49,394 nucleotides of DNA, taken from positions 1 to 49,394 of IMG/VR virus record IMGVR_UViG_3300016476_001020, one strand, 5' to 3'. This document shows, piece by piece, positions 38,000 to 48,686 of this stretch. The DNA comes from a virus. Lineage: Duplodnaviria; Caudoviricetes. Both the position numbers and the translations under genes were made by a program. A model generated the notes under the pieces. That model was not told the DNA's origin, ran no database searches, and worked only from the letters and a program-made list of their open reading frames with translations. The number at the start of each line of letters is the position of its first letter. Position 1 is the first letter of the stretch.

Positions 38000-38326
38000 T
38001 CAATATTGAACTGGCGGAGACTTGCTCATATAGGCTGTAGCCCCGAAGTAAAAACCTATAATAGAAGCCATAGCTAAATAAAACATACTAATTAAGTCGC
38101 TCAGTGCTGCTACTTTTTCTGGTGAAATAATAGGAGACATTAAAAAAGCTGTAATTATTAACATACTAGCCATAGCAATCCAGCTAATACGCTTTTGTGC
38201 ATCCGCTTTCTCTTCTCTAAGCTCTAGCTCTAATAGCTGTGTAGCTCGATCTTTTTCTTCTTCAGACACTTCGCCGTCTTTGTTGAAGTCATAGTCTTTA
38301 AAATTAAACTTTTTTATCACAGCCAT
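38000..38326 (-). CDS. EF-hand-like plus two TM helices membrane protein (holin-like)
   Basis: DFNKDGEVSEEE; two hydrophobic helices ending GFYFG. Confidence 0.5.
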   Translation of the reverse strand: MAVIKKFNFKDYDFNKDGEVSEEEKDRATQLLELELREEKADAQKRISWIAMASMLIITAFLMSPIISPEKVAALSDLISMFYLAMASIIGFYFGATAYMSKSPPVQY

Positions 38327-38338
38327 CTCTTAGCTTTC

Positions 38339-39082
38339 TCAATTATCTATAAGTATAAGATCAAATGCAGCAGTAACACGTGCATTATTACTACGAACAT
38401 GTGCTCTCACGTCAATATCACTTTTTTCTGGTATTCTTATAGGTACACTAAATTTATAGACGTAAGGACCGCCCTCGCCTTGTACCTCAAAAGAGTGTCC
38501 GACTCTAAAAGAACTTTGGCCAAAATACCTAACAAACATATCGCCAGTAGCGTCTCCGCCTTTTTGAATTGAGCACACGCCTTGCATTAAATAGGCTGTT
38601 TTGTCTGCCGGTACGGTATATACAGCCATTAAAGTCTGGCCTTTTCCAGCCCTAACTCGTAATACTGTAGTTGCTCCTTTGGTCACGTTAACGTCACCTA
38701 CGTTAGTAGAACCGTCTACTATAAAGCCTCTATTAAGCCTAATGAAAGATTTAGTACTTGTAACAGTCACAGAAGAGGATAGCGTAATAGTTTCTTCTTG
38801 AAAGTTATAATCTGCATCTAAACCTTGGATAGTAATTTGTTTATTATTATCTGAAGCATTTACCGCGGGAATATCTACTGTTCCAGCCGTTGCCCAAGCA
38901 CTCCACGGATATATAGTATCACTAACATCCCATATAGTACCAGTTACGCTAGTACTCATAGCAGGGACAGCACCAAACTTGTGGTTAAAAGAGTGGTTAG
39001 ATATATGACCTCGGGCTATTTGAAGCGCAAATTCCTCATTTTTACCTTGTGCTGTCATAGAGGGATTTTGAAATAGTGTCAA
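38339..39082 (-). CDS. hypothetical beta-rich protein, possibly virion-associated
   Basis: 247-aa ORF, Thr/Val/Gly-rich. Confidence 0.55.
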   Translation of the reverse strand: MTLFQNPSMTAQGKNEEFALQIARGHISNHSFNHKFGAVPAMSTSVTGTIWDVSDTIYPWSAWATAGTVDIPAVNASDNNKQITIQGLDADYNFQEETITLSSSVTVTSTKSFIRLNRGFIVDGSTNVGDVNVTKGATTVLRVRAGKGQTLMAVYTVPADKTAYLMQGVCSIQKGGDATGDMFVRYFGQSSFRVGHSFEVQGEGGPYVYKFSVPIRIPEKSDIDVRAHVRSNNARVTAAFDLILIDN

Positions 39083-39084
39083 TT

Positions 39085-39906
39085 CTATTCCTTACTAGAG
39101 AAAGAGATATTTTGTTGTAGTTCTCTTTCATCTAACTCGTACAATTTACGATAACTATTATTTATGTCTATTGCTTTTTCTAATAGCGTCATTTTATCAG
39201 TAGTATGAACAAAAGCAGCAGTATCTTTAGGGAAACACGCACCTCCAAAACCACGCTTATTATCAAAACCTGGAACACGTAAGTGCGTCTTACCAATACG
39301 CGGCTCTTGTTCTAATACCTTGATAATAGAATTATAATTTGCTCCAAAATCGTTAGCCACATCATATAATTGGTTAAAAAAGGTAACTTTAGTAGCTAAG
39401 AAAGAATTCATTGCATACTTTATTAAACTAGCTTCCTTGTAGCCTACATGAAAGACTGGACATTTTTTACAAGAACTGTAATCGTTATATATTTCTTCTA
39501 CCACTTGTGTGTCAAAACGATAGCCACCAAACACGTGAAAATCGGGGTTTATAAAGTCTTCTAAAGCAGTTTTTTCGCGTAAAAACTCTGGATTGTAAAC
39601 AACCCCACGATCATTGTATAGTTCTAATATATCTGGCGTAACGGTAGATTTGATAATAATTTTGTGATGAATATTTCTATGTCGGCTATTTAGCTGATTC
39701 ATTACAGAATCTAATATTGTATAGTCTATAGCACCAGTGTTACTCATAGGAGTCGGTACGCAAACAAAAGTACAAATATAGTCGTTTAAATCTACTTCGT
39801 CTAGTGTTGTACCATAAATTGGGTCTACTATATGTCGTTCTACAGCGCTAAACCCGTAGTCAACAGCTTTACCAACAAAACCGTGACCTACAATTAAAAT
39901 CTTCAT
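39085..39906 (-). CDS. UDP-glucose/GDP-mannose dehydrogenase family (lacks C-terminal domain)
   Basis: VGHGFVG, CVPTP, IKSTVTP, NPEFLRE, GFGGACFPKD. Confidence 0.88.
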   Translation of the reverse strand: MKILIVGHGFVGKAVDYGFSAVERHIVDPIYGTTLDEVDLNDYICTFVCVPTPMSNTGAIDYTILDSVMNQLNSRHRNIHHKIIIKSTVTPDILELYNDRGVVYNPEFLREKTALEDFINPDFHVFGGYRFDTQVVEEIYNDYSSCKKCPVFHVGYKEASLIKYAMNSFLATKVTFFNQLYDVANDFGANYNSIIKVLEQEPRIGKTHLRVPGFDNKRGFGGACFPKDTAAFVHTTDKMTLLEKAIDINNSYRKLYELDERELQQNISFSSKE

Positions 39907-40535
39907 AATTTACTCTATTATTTTCTTGGACCACCTGGTTTGGGTCTAGCAACAGAACCACCGCTACCAGCCCATAGTCTGCGTCGTGCCCAGTAGTTGG
40001 CACTAAACTTATCATCTTTTGTTAAATTACCTGAAGCGTCACGTATACCTGCACTACGTTCTAGATAGTTCTTACGGGCTTCAGCACTGTAGTTATGACC
40101 ATAGTCTTTATGACCGTATCTTACTACTTTTACTTCATCGCCTTTTTTAGCTAGTACTACTTCTTTGTGTTTTGAACCAGAGGTATTACGTTTTGGCTTA
40201 TTGAACCCAGGAAATTTCTCTCCTCGATACTCTACTCCACCACCTGGTAGTCGTTTTACATCACTTGCTTTGGCCATATTTGTATCTCGATTCTATATCA
40301 CAGACTATTTTCCACTGTCTAGAAGTTAGTTGTGGGTACTCTTGCTGAGCTGCTATACAACCAAGTATAAAAGCTTTTTCTGGCGCTGTCAAAGGTTGCT
40401 TTTCAAAAAATTCTCTTAGCTCTTTTTTAATTCTTCTCGTCATAGTGCCAAGGAAATAAATACGAATCATCAGTTTTTAAACTAATGAGCGCCTCTGTAA
40501 ACATTTTATCTTGTTTTCTGCGGATAAGTTTATTT

Positions 40536-41198
40536 TTAAGACTCTTGAATAAGTTTATCAAAAGCAACTCTCCTATTCTGTAATTCATATAAAAAAGGCG
40601 GAGCAGTCTTTTCAAATAACTGAGGTTCTTTTCCGTCTACAGTTATTGCTACAACTATGTCTCGTATACCGGTGCCAAACATTTCATTATGCGCTACGGC
40701 ATATCCACAACATTGAATAAAGTAGTCTCTAATCTGTGTTGCTTGTTTAGGTTTTTTAGAGGTTTTAAAGTCTATAATCGCGGGACGACCTTTCCATACT
40801 CCTACCATATCCGTACGACCAGCGTATCTATACTTATTACTCCATAGAATCTGTTCTTGACCCCATATTTCATCAATACCTGGTTCTACTACCTTGATTA
40901 AGTCACGGCTCATTTGCCTAATATCTAAAGGCTGCTCTCTCAGCTCTTCCCAAATACGTTCACCGTTAAAGTGACGTTCTGCAAAAGAGTGTATAATAGT
41001 TCCTCTATCAGTAGCTTCCTTAGAGATTCTAGCTGCCTCTTCTTCTCCAACTCTAGCTTTCCATTGAGCTAACCAAGGAGCATTAGCTGTTTTACCTAAA
41101 ATAGTAGTCAGAGAAGGGTACGACCCGTCTGGTGTATGATAAGTTCTACCTGTTGGCAGGGTATCTACTGCAAGTTCTGTAGTATAGTTGTATTTCAT
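40536..41198 (-). CDS. PD-(D/E)xK exonuclease
   Basis: YPSLTTIL, RGTIIH, AGRTD, IIDFKTS. Confidence 0.85.
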   Translation of the reverse strand: MKYNYTTELAVDTLPTGRTYHTPDGSYPSLTTILGKTANAPWLAQWKARVGEEEAARISKEATDRGTIIHSFAERHFNGERIWEELREQPLDIRQMSRDLIKVVEPGIDEIWGQEQILWSNKYRYAGRTDMVGVWKGRPAIIDFKTSKKPKQATQIRDYFIQCCGYAVAHNEMFGTGIRDIVVAITVDGKEPQLFEKTAPPFLYELQNRRVAFDKLIQES

Positions 41199-42421
41199 TA
41201 ATTTGTTCTACTCACAAGTATTGGGTATCCTTGTGCACGAGTCAACTCTAATACTCGATTTATAAAAGGATTTTTGTTTTTTGCTACAGTAATAACTCTA
41301 GCATAATCATAGTTAAGTGCTTTTTTATTTGTTACCTGAGACAGATACTGACCGTAGTATGGAGTATGATAACCTTTAAAGTATGTATTATAGTCTCTGT
41401 CTTGACAAATAGCATAAACTAAAGGCGTGGTTATAGTTCTTAATCTAGGCTCAAACGGTAACGTTAATATATTTTGGTTCATGAAGGCGTTATCGCTAAA
41501 CTCACGCGTACCTTCATGATATACTACTGAACCTTGTATTAGTTCATTAGCAACTTCATCTGGTGACCACTTTGGCTCAACGTCTATACCAACATAATGA
41601 TGTTCATATAAAGGTCTTTTAATAAGTGCTGCGGCTCCTAAAGAAGTAGCAGCTGCACCGTTTAACGATATAGTAGCAACCTGATCATAGTCAATTAAAC
41701 GTGCTATGTCAGTATTTGATATATAATTAGCTGCACTACGACCGACAATAGCAAGTCGTGGTATATCTACGTTTTTACGCAGCCACTGAGCTAGATTTAC
41801 TAGCACGGCGCTAAACACGGCCTGAGCAGAGGCTGCTACATCTGCGTCTGGAACTCCTGTTCCAACTCCTCGCTCAAGATTTAACAGCAGATTATAGCTG
41901 CCATCTGACATATGAACGCTTTTATGGCCTAACCATTGAGTATACTTTGGATCGCCTGTAATTGACAGAGCACGAGCATAGTCTTCGCCATAGATAGCGT
42001 CAAACCCTAGAAAGCGAGTAGCTGCTGCACTAAATAATGCGATAGAGTTTGGATAGCTAAACTCGCGTATCCAATAAAAGCTGCCATCTACATAGTATCC
42101 TAGTCGTGTATAGTAACTATCACTCAGTAAGATTGCACAACTGTTCCAATCAGTACTACAAATTGTAGCCATGCTAAGTGCTTCACAGTAGTCTACACGC
42201 TCAATACGCCTTTTAGCAGGTAATGAAGCTTTTACTAGGTCATAAGCATGAGGAACTGTAGCTACTGTATCTATATCGTTATATGTTTTTTGCAGTGCTC
42301 TAACTTCATCATGCGGAAAAGCGCGACTATGCTTATCACATAGCGCGCTTACTTTTAAAGTGGGACTAATACTGCACGCGGAGCTTCTATCAGCTACTGC
42401 ATTTATACCTAATATAGTCAT
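41198..42421 (-). CDS. degenerate carbamoyltransferase-like protein
   Basis: ILGIN N-terminus, DVAASAQ, SLGAA; catalytic His motifs not evident. Confidence 0.5.
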   Translation of the reverse strand: MTILGINAVADRSSACSISPTLKVSALCDKHSRAFPHDEVRALQKTYNDIDTVATVPHAYDLVKASLPAKRRIERVDYCEALSMATICSTDWNSCAILLSDSYYTRLGYYVDGSFYWIREFSYPNSIALFSAAATRFLGFDAIYGEDYARALSITGDPKYTQWLGHKSVHMSDGSYNLLLNLERGVGTGVPDADVAASAQAVFSAVLVNLAQWLRKNVDIPRLAIVGRSAANYISNTDIARLIDYDQVATISLNGAAATSLGAAALIKRPLYEHHYVGIDVEPKWSPDEVANELIQGSVVYHEGTREFSDNAFMNQNILTLPFEPRLRTITTPLVYAICQDRDYNTYFKGYHTPYYGQYLSQVTNKKALNYDYARVITVAKNKNPFINRVLELTRAQGYPILVSRTN

Positions 42422-42657
42422 TATGAACAGATGTCAACATATTCACGAATAGTGTTCCACTTTTCCTCTTCTTCGCTTAGATTCTGCTTACGAAGAATTG
42501 TTGCTACTTTAGTAATAGTAGCTACAGGAATGTCATAATTTGTTTTAATATCTTTTTTGAGCTCAGCAATGCTTTCGCGTAGTGAGTCCATTTGAATCAT
42601 CATATCTACAATACGATTGATTTCTTTACGAAGTTCTGCTTTTAATGCTGGTTCCAT
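42421..42657 (-). CDS. DsbA/GapR-like small DNA-binding protein
   Basis: helical 78 aa, IAELKKDIK pattern. Confidence 0.4.
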   Translation of the reverse strand: MEPALKAELRKEINRIVDMMIQMDSLRESIAELKKDIKTNYDIPVATITKVATILRKQNLSEEEEKWNTIREYVDICS

Positions 42658-44641
42658 TATACCGCTCTAAAGGTTGATCTAACCTTATCAGGCTTTCGCC
42701 TGATAAGTTTTTTTGATTCAAGATACTCTAGTGTATCTTTAAAGTCGCTTAGTGCGTTTGTGTGATCTTCTCCGCTAGATAGTAGCTTTAAGCAAAAAAG
42801 ATTATAGGCAGACACAATATTAGCACTACCAATTGTACGTTGTCCTACGAAGTCGCCCGAAGGGCGAGGAGTGACGAGCTCCCATAAATCGCTACTCCAT
42901 ACTGAATGTGTCTCTTCGTCGAATACTTCTACCGGAATCCCAGACAGAACTTTCCACACTAAGTCGTGATGTTTCATTAATCGCAAATCCAATCATCGCG
43001 ATGGGCATTAGAATAAAACCACCCAAGCGATCGAGAAATTGTATCACTACCCCAGTATGCGCCTTCGTGCATAGCCTGTTCAAACTCACGTTTGAAGCGT
43101 AGCCAAGGATTGTTCATATTGGTCACAGGGCGAATTGAAGTTACATCGCGCTGGTTCCAATGTTCACAACGTTGAGCAAACGCTGGGTTAGAGTTTAGCA
43201 AACGCTCATTTTCTAGCATACGCGGAGCCAACAGTTTATATAGCTCACGATATGCTGCGAATTTGTTTTGATAACTATCTGAAGATAGGGCAATGCGACG
43301 AGCATTACGAACAAAATCACGATAAGCGTTACGATTAGTAAGTTTAAAAAACATTTTATACCTTAATATTAGCAGAAAAAAGTGCAGTTGTCCAAAAATT
43401 TTATTCAGTAGATAGTTCTAGATATGTAGGAGGGTATGGCTCGCCTTCTAACGTCCAGAACTCAATTGGATTGAACCAATGGAATCGCTCTAGTAGTCGC
43501 CAACGAGCGTTAATACGTTCTACAGCGGCGTCATACTCAGAGAAAAATGGATTCTCAAGCGATAGTGCGTCGCGAGCCTCAGCCATCCAAGCGTGTGCCA
43601 GCCAAGGATTCCAGCGGGCTACATTCTCAGCTTCGCGAATTGTACGGCGAATATCCCATACAGCATAACCAACAGCGCTATATTTAGCGGGTAGACTCTT
43701 ACGTTTAGCCATGAGCAATACCTTTTGTAGATAGAATGTGATAGTGATGGTCAATAATATCTACAACCATACGGCAAGCTTCAAAATCCATACCTTCTTC
43801 TCTCATATCATAGTATTGCTGTAGAGCTGAAGCTGCATCAGCTGAAATTTTTGACAAAGAAGATAGTACTTGAAGTGCTTCTGCTAGTCTAGGACGTTTA
43901 TGCATTAATTACCTTTTATTTAAAATCCAAGAATAGTTGCAATAACATTTTTATTGACACTATAGATATAATATATTATAGTTTTAACATGTATGCAACT
44001 GAAAAATACGTAAAAATGGAAGCAAAAGAGCTTCGAGAATCAATTAACCAACTAGCAAGCGATCTAGGTGGCGATGTACGCTATCTAGATGAACAAATTG
44101 CTGAATTGCGCTCAATGTTATATGCGATACAGCAACAGCTAGAAACTATGGCGCAGCGAGATAAAAATGAGTAAAACTATTGTAGGAGTCAGTAATTCTA
44201 GTGATCCTGTAATGGTAGATTATGTAGAAAAACAGCTACAAGCAATCTCTATTTCATTTCCAGAGCTAGCAATAGAGCATGTAAATGAAAGCAATTCTAT
44301 AATGGATCGTTTTGCTAGATACCCAGGTAGATTACCCGCTTTCTTTATTCTTAAGAATGGCGCTCGTATGGGTGTATTACAAGCTAAGCTTAACGATGAT
44401 GAATTAATTTCTTGGGTTAGTTCAACCGCTGGTTAAATAATTAGCACACAAAATAAGCAATGGCAACAACAAAATAAAAGTTGTTGCTTTTTGCATTTCA
44501 TATATCTAGTTACATCATATTTTGAAATCCACAAACTAGATAATTAAAAAATATGCTGCATACTAGGTTGTACAGTAACTTTTTTGTAGACTTAGAATAG
44601 CATTAAGCGTATTATAAATAAAATTAAGTAAAGATCAATTA

Positions 44642-44914
44642 ATGAAAATATATGTAAAAAATAATGATATTAGCCGTGCTCTACGTGTTCTTAAGAAAAA
44701 ACTTCATGACGAAGGCGAAACAAAAGAACTGAGAGAGCGTCAGCACTTTGTATCAGATGGAGAGCGTCGTCGTTTAGCTGAACGCGCTGGAAAGCGTCGT
44801 TGGCTTAAGAAACGTCAACGTATCGAACAAAATATGGTACGGGCTGAACAAAATCTTATCAAACAGAATCGTAAAAAGCGACAGACTGAACAAAGAAATA
44901 AAACTGTTGCTTAA
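44642..44914 (+). CDS. rpsU: ribosomal protein bS21
   Basis: IYVKNNDISRALRVLKKK..ELRERQHF. Confidence 0.85.
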   Translation: MKIYVKNNDISRALRVLKKKLHDEGETKELRERQHFVSDGERRRLAERAGKRRWLKKRQRIEQNMVRAEQNLIKQNRKKRQTEQRNKTVA

Positions 44915-44957
44915 TGCTTAACCGCTTGATACAATTAAGTATCAATGGAGATTAAGT

Positions 44958-45206
44958 ATGAAAGTTTACAAAGGCTCGTTTAGAAAACGCAACGGCGATA
45001 TTCGCCAAATGTTGTTTGCTAAGATTAAAGACCTGCCTGATTCTTTTATTGAAGAAAAGATTGTAGGCTCAGGGTCAGAAAAACAATATCCTCCTGGCAT
45101 GGAGCTAGTATGGGATATTGAAGAAGATAATTTTAGGGTGTTTAATTGGTCAACAGTTGAAGAACCTGTAAAGGAACTAACTGTTGATAAAAACTACTTT
45201 AATTGA
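44958..45206 (+). CDS. WYL_2/DUF2693-like SH3-fold protein
   Basis: FRKRNGDIRQM, VWDIEEDNFRVF. Confidence 0.55.
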   Translation: MKVYKGSFRKRNGDIRQMLFAKIKDLPDSFIEEKIVGSGSEKQYPPGMELVWDIEEDNFRVFNWSTVEEPVKELTVDKNYFN

Positions 45207-45476
45207 TTCTTATGTGCTAGTAGAAACAGAGGATATTGACTTCTCAATGTTACGCTCAGCTATAAATATGTTAGCAAAAACACGCTACCGTTTTCATGAT
45301 AAGGTTTTTGAAGAACCTTATACGCCGTATTTTGATGCTTATCGCGGTCATACATTTGTGATTGATCATGCATCATCAGAAGATGAAACTGGTAATCATG
45401 TTTGGCTTACTTGTATATCAGATGATAGCGTAAAAGTCTCTGGATATGTACATCTGGATCAGTTAGTAATAGAATA

Positions 45477-45781
45477 GCTCTGATTACGTAAATCGGATGC
45501 AGCATGGACCTGGGGGCGGTACCCAGCGAGTCCACCACAGATACTCTTGCTTTGATAAGCCCAGATATAGTTGCAACTACTGGATAACTGAAAAGAGTAT
45601 CTTTGATGGGCTCGAAATAGGATCGACATGTTGAGCAAGAAGAAACCAGGAGCCAGTGCGCAAGCGACTGATAACCGCAAGAAACATAATAACTGCAAAC
45701 GATAATTTTGCACCAGTATCTCTAGCTCTAGCAGCTTGATTTACTATCGGTATGGTACCACCGGGAAACAGAACGGGCCGC
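45477..45781 (+). ncRNA. ssrA: circularly permuted (two-piece) tmRNA, tag ANDNFAPVSLALAA
   Basis: T-arm + CGAGTCC-ACCA (ends 45537), intervening sequence, GGGCTCG (45608, G3:U70), tag frame 45695-45739. Confidence 0.92.
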
Positions 45782-45808
45782 TATACATCACATCACAAAG
45801 GACACTAC

Positions 45809-46636
45809 ATGACATTTATTAACTATCCACAGCCTACTGTAGGAGGCTACGTATTACCTTCAGTACCATCAATCTCATCAGTAACCTCTGCTCGTAGAAT
45901 TACTGATTTTAATCCTCTCTCGCTAGTAGAAGCGTTTAAGCCAAAGCGAGCAGGTAAGAATAAGAATTTAGCACACGTAGTTGTAGTTCTTGACGACTCC
46001 TCATCTATGCAAAGTTGTTTAGAAGCTACTATTTCAGGATTTAACGAATTTATTGCTGGACAAAAGACTGATGCTAAGCAGTCCGGTATTAAAACACTAG
46101 TATCTCTATTCAAATTTAATGGCTCCCACGTAACTTGTGTATTTGACAGACAAGACGTTGAAACGGTAGAGCCTCTCACTAAGAAAACATATAACCCAAG
46201 CGGTAATACTAATCTTCTAGATGCTATGGGCGGCGTACTCATGAAAATCAATGAGTTACTAACTGCCAAGAATAAAGCAGATCGCGAATCAGTAATTGTA
46301 ACAGTTCTTACTGATGGCGAAGAAAACGCTTCCCGTACTTTTAAAAATACCGATATTAAAGGCATGGTAGAAAAGGCACAAGGCAAAAGCTGGGCTTTCA
46401 TGTTCCTAGGCGCTAACATTGATGCGTTTTCAACTAGTTCTAGTCTTGGATTCAGTACGCACAATACTATGCAGTATGATACACGAAATATTGCGTCTAC
46501 TATGGCATCAGCCAGCCGCATGGCTAACTCACTAAAAAGTGAGTTAAGCAAGGGTGTAAGTCTTGATTTAGCTTACGCACAAACTTCCTTTACTGATGCA
46601 GAACGAAGTGCAGCGGTAGCAAAGAATGACAAATAA
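45809..46636 (+). CDS. vWA domain protein
   Basis: VLDDSSSM MIDAS, TNLLDA, LTDGEENAS, FLGAN; start set to ATG 45809 after SD AAGGA. Confidence 0.85.
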   Translation: MTFINYPQPTVGGYVLPSVPSISSVTSARRITDFNPLSLVEAFKPKRAGKNKNLAHVVVVLDDSSSMQSCLEATISGFNEFIAGQKTDAKQSGIKTLVSLFKFNGSHVTCVFDRQDVETVEPLTKKTYNPSGNTNLLDAMGGVLMKINELLTAKNKADRESVIVTVLTDGEENASRTFKNTDIKGMVEKAQGKSWAFMFLGANIDAFSTSSSLGFSTHNTMQYDTRNIASTMASASRMANSLKSELSKGVSLDLAYAQTSFTDAERSAAVAKNDK

Positions 46637-46880
46637 GACACCTTTTGAAATTCGACTAGATGTACTAAAAATGGCACAAGAAATGCTAGATGCCGAAAGA
46701 CGTACACAAGAGAAGTACTTTGAAAAACAAGTAGAATTGCTAATAAGTTCTAATCCAACTAGCGATACTATTGTTAATTTTTTAAATAGTACACCACCTA
46801 TAAAATCATATAATGAAGCAGACGTGTTATCTCGCTCTGCCGCTTTATATTCTTTTATAGATAACAAAACCAGAACATAA
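46626..46880 (+). CDS. hypothetical protein, similar to 1710..2000
   Basis: shared EIR..V...A motif. Confidence 0.6.
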   Translation: MTNKTPFEIRLDVLKMAQEMLDAERRTQEKYFEKQVELLISSNPTSDTIVNFLNSTPPIKSYNEADVLSRSAALYSFIDNKTRT

Positions 46881-46890
46881 GGATATCCAC

Positions 46891-47244
46891 ATGAAAAAAC
46901 TACTATTAACTTCCGCAGTTGTAGCAGCTCTAGCAACTCCTGCTCTAGCACTAGACCTAGGCAATGGCTGGGCGCTAGATAATACTGCTACGCTAGACTA
47001 CTACGTAGAAGCTGAAGACGTAACAGCAGTATACGAAGCTGAACTTAGCTACAAAGTAAACGATGAAGTAAAGCTATATGCTTATACAGAAGTCGATCTA
47101 GAAGATGTACATTTTGATGGGCTAGATCTAGGTGTTAACTACGCACCAGCACAGGTCCAGTATATCAACTTTAATGCCGAAGTCCAACTAGACGGAAGCC
47201 TAGATTACGAAGAATTAGTTCTTACTGCTGAAGTAAACTTCTAA
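46891..47244 (+). CDS. small outer-membrane beta-barrel/porin-like protein
   Basis: signal peptide MKKLLL..PALA, amphipathic strands, C-terminal F. Confidence 0.6.
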   Translation: MKKLLLTSAVVAALATPALALDLGNGWALDNTATLDYYVEAEDVTAVYEAELSYKVNDEVKLYAYTEVDLEDVHFDGLDLGVNYAPAQVQYINFNAEVQLDGSLDYEELVLTAEVNF

Positions 47245-47250
47245 TTTTTT

Positions 47251-47289
47251 AGGGGGCCGTGGCTACTCGCGGCCCTCTTTTTCTTTTTT
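47251..47289 (+). terminator. intrinsic terminator
   Basis: GGGCCGTG..CGCGGCCC followed by T tract. Confidence 0.7.
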
Positions 47290-47304
47290 AATAAGTTAAG
47301 TAAT

Positions 47305-47922
47305 ATGAAAACTTACATCTTAGGTAACAGTGGTTTTGCCAGAGAAATATTTGAACAAATTTTTCTAAGAAATCATAAAAGCAATTTTGGAGGGTTTATC
47401 ATTCTGAACAATGATAAACCTTTTGTCATTGATAGCGATGGCTCAAAAGAATTCGACTACAACGATGATTCTTGCTTTGTTCTCGGTACTGGTAATAAGA
47501 AATGGCGAAAAACTTTTATAGATCATTTTAAAAGCCATTACCCTCTTACTTCTACCTATTTTCCTACTTTTTGTGCTGAAGACGCGCATATTTCTAAAAT
47601 GTCGGTATTAGGTATAGGTAATGTATTTTGCTCTTTTAGTCTCACTAATGCAAATGCAGAAGTTGGAGACTTTAACTGCTTTAATATTTATTCTACTATC
47701 AGCCACGACTGCGTTATGGGTAGTCACAATATTATAAGTCCTTATGCAGGTATAATGGGGTACTGTAAAGTAGGTAATCATAATTTTATCGGTACTCATT
47801 CAACTATCACTCCTAAGTTAACTATAGGAAATGATAACACAATTAGTGCTGGTGAGTGTTTATTCGATAATATGCAAGATAGGCAGTTTTTTGGTTCGGG
47901 GGTAATTTACAATAAACCATGA
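47305..47922 (+). CDS. PglD/NeuD-like sugar acetyltransferase
   Basis: ILGNSGFARE, hexapeptide repeats, ISHDC. Confidence 0.85.
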   Translation: MKTYILGNSGFAREIFEQIFLRNHKSNFGGFIILNNDKPFVIDSDGSKEFDYNDDSCFVLGTGNKKWRKTFIDHFKSHYPLTSTYFPTFCAEDAHISKMSVLGIGNVFCSFSLTNANAEVGDFNCFNIYSTISHDCVMGSHNIISPYAGIMGYCKVGNHNFIGTHSTITPKLTIGNDNTISAGECLFDNMQDRQFFGSGVIYNKP

Positions 47923-48686
47923 TTATATTATTTAGAAGCTGCGAAGCTAATCTATCTGCCGGCTCTCTAGGAGATGGTACTGCTAATAAACCTAGATGGG
48001 CCGGTAAGTATAAGCTAGAAATACTACGTAAGTGTTACATGTCAATTCAACAAGGTTTAGACTCAAACGATTCTATAATTGTAATTAATGACAGAACAAC
48101 GCAAGATACACTAGATTGGATGAAAGCTAATACTAAAGCTGCTTTTAGCGTAGTAGACATTACGCCACTTCCAGAGTTAAGAGCTAACCACGCCTATCCT
48201 TCTTATCACCCGGTACTACCTAACGCATGCCCAGACTTAATGGAGTTTTTAGTCGAACTCGCTAGTAACAATCCTAATGAGTTAATATATATTTGTGAGG
48301 ATGACTACCTTCATACTAACGTAGCTATTACTGCCATGAAACAGGTTTATAGCTCAGGTTATCAGGGCTTTTACGTACCATACGATTATCCAGATCGGTA
48401 CATAATAGACACTGATAAGAGTTGTACTTTAGTTTTAGGTCCGTATGGACACTTAAGAACAGTACCAAGTGCCACGCTAACAATAGCAGCAACAGGAGCA
48501 ATCTGGTCTTATTTTAAGTATGATTTACTTAGAGCAGGTGTTTTTGCAGATGATTCTTGGACGTGGAAAGCGTTTAGTCAAATCAACGCTCTGGCACCAG
48601 TACCAGGACATGCTACACATTTACAAGATAATTGCATAACCCCGTATATTGATTGGTTAAACCTTTACGAATCTATAAACATATGA
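47919..48686 (+). CDS. glycosyltransferase family 2-like
   Basis: IYICEDDYLH DxD-type motif. Confidence 0.65.
   Translation: MIILFRSCEANLSAGSLGDGTANKPRWAGKYKLEILRKCYMSIQQGLDSNDSIIVINDRTTQDTLDWMKANTKAAFSVVDITPLPELRANHAYPSYHPVLPNACPDLMEFLVELASNNPNELIYICEDDYLHTNVAITAMKQVYSSGYQGFYVPYDYPDRYIIDTDKSCTLVLGPYGHLRTVPSATLTIAATGAIWSYFKYDLLRAGVFADDSWTWKAFSQINALAPVPGHATHLQDNCITPYIDWLNLYESINI

Noticed and set aside
43920-44640. Replication origin at the strand switch and AT-rich gap
   Set aside because: No iterons or DnaA boxes recognised; promoters explain part of the AT richness.
45459-46551. ORFs 45459..45713 (-), 45847..46551 (-) and the 45752 start of the vWA gene
   Set aside because: Antisense to tmRNA or vWA; 45752 lies inside the tmRNA while 45809 has an SD.
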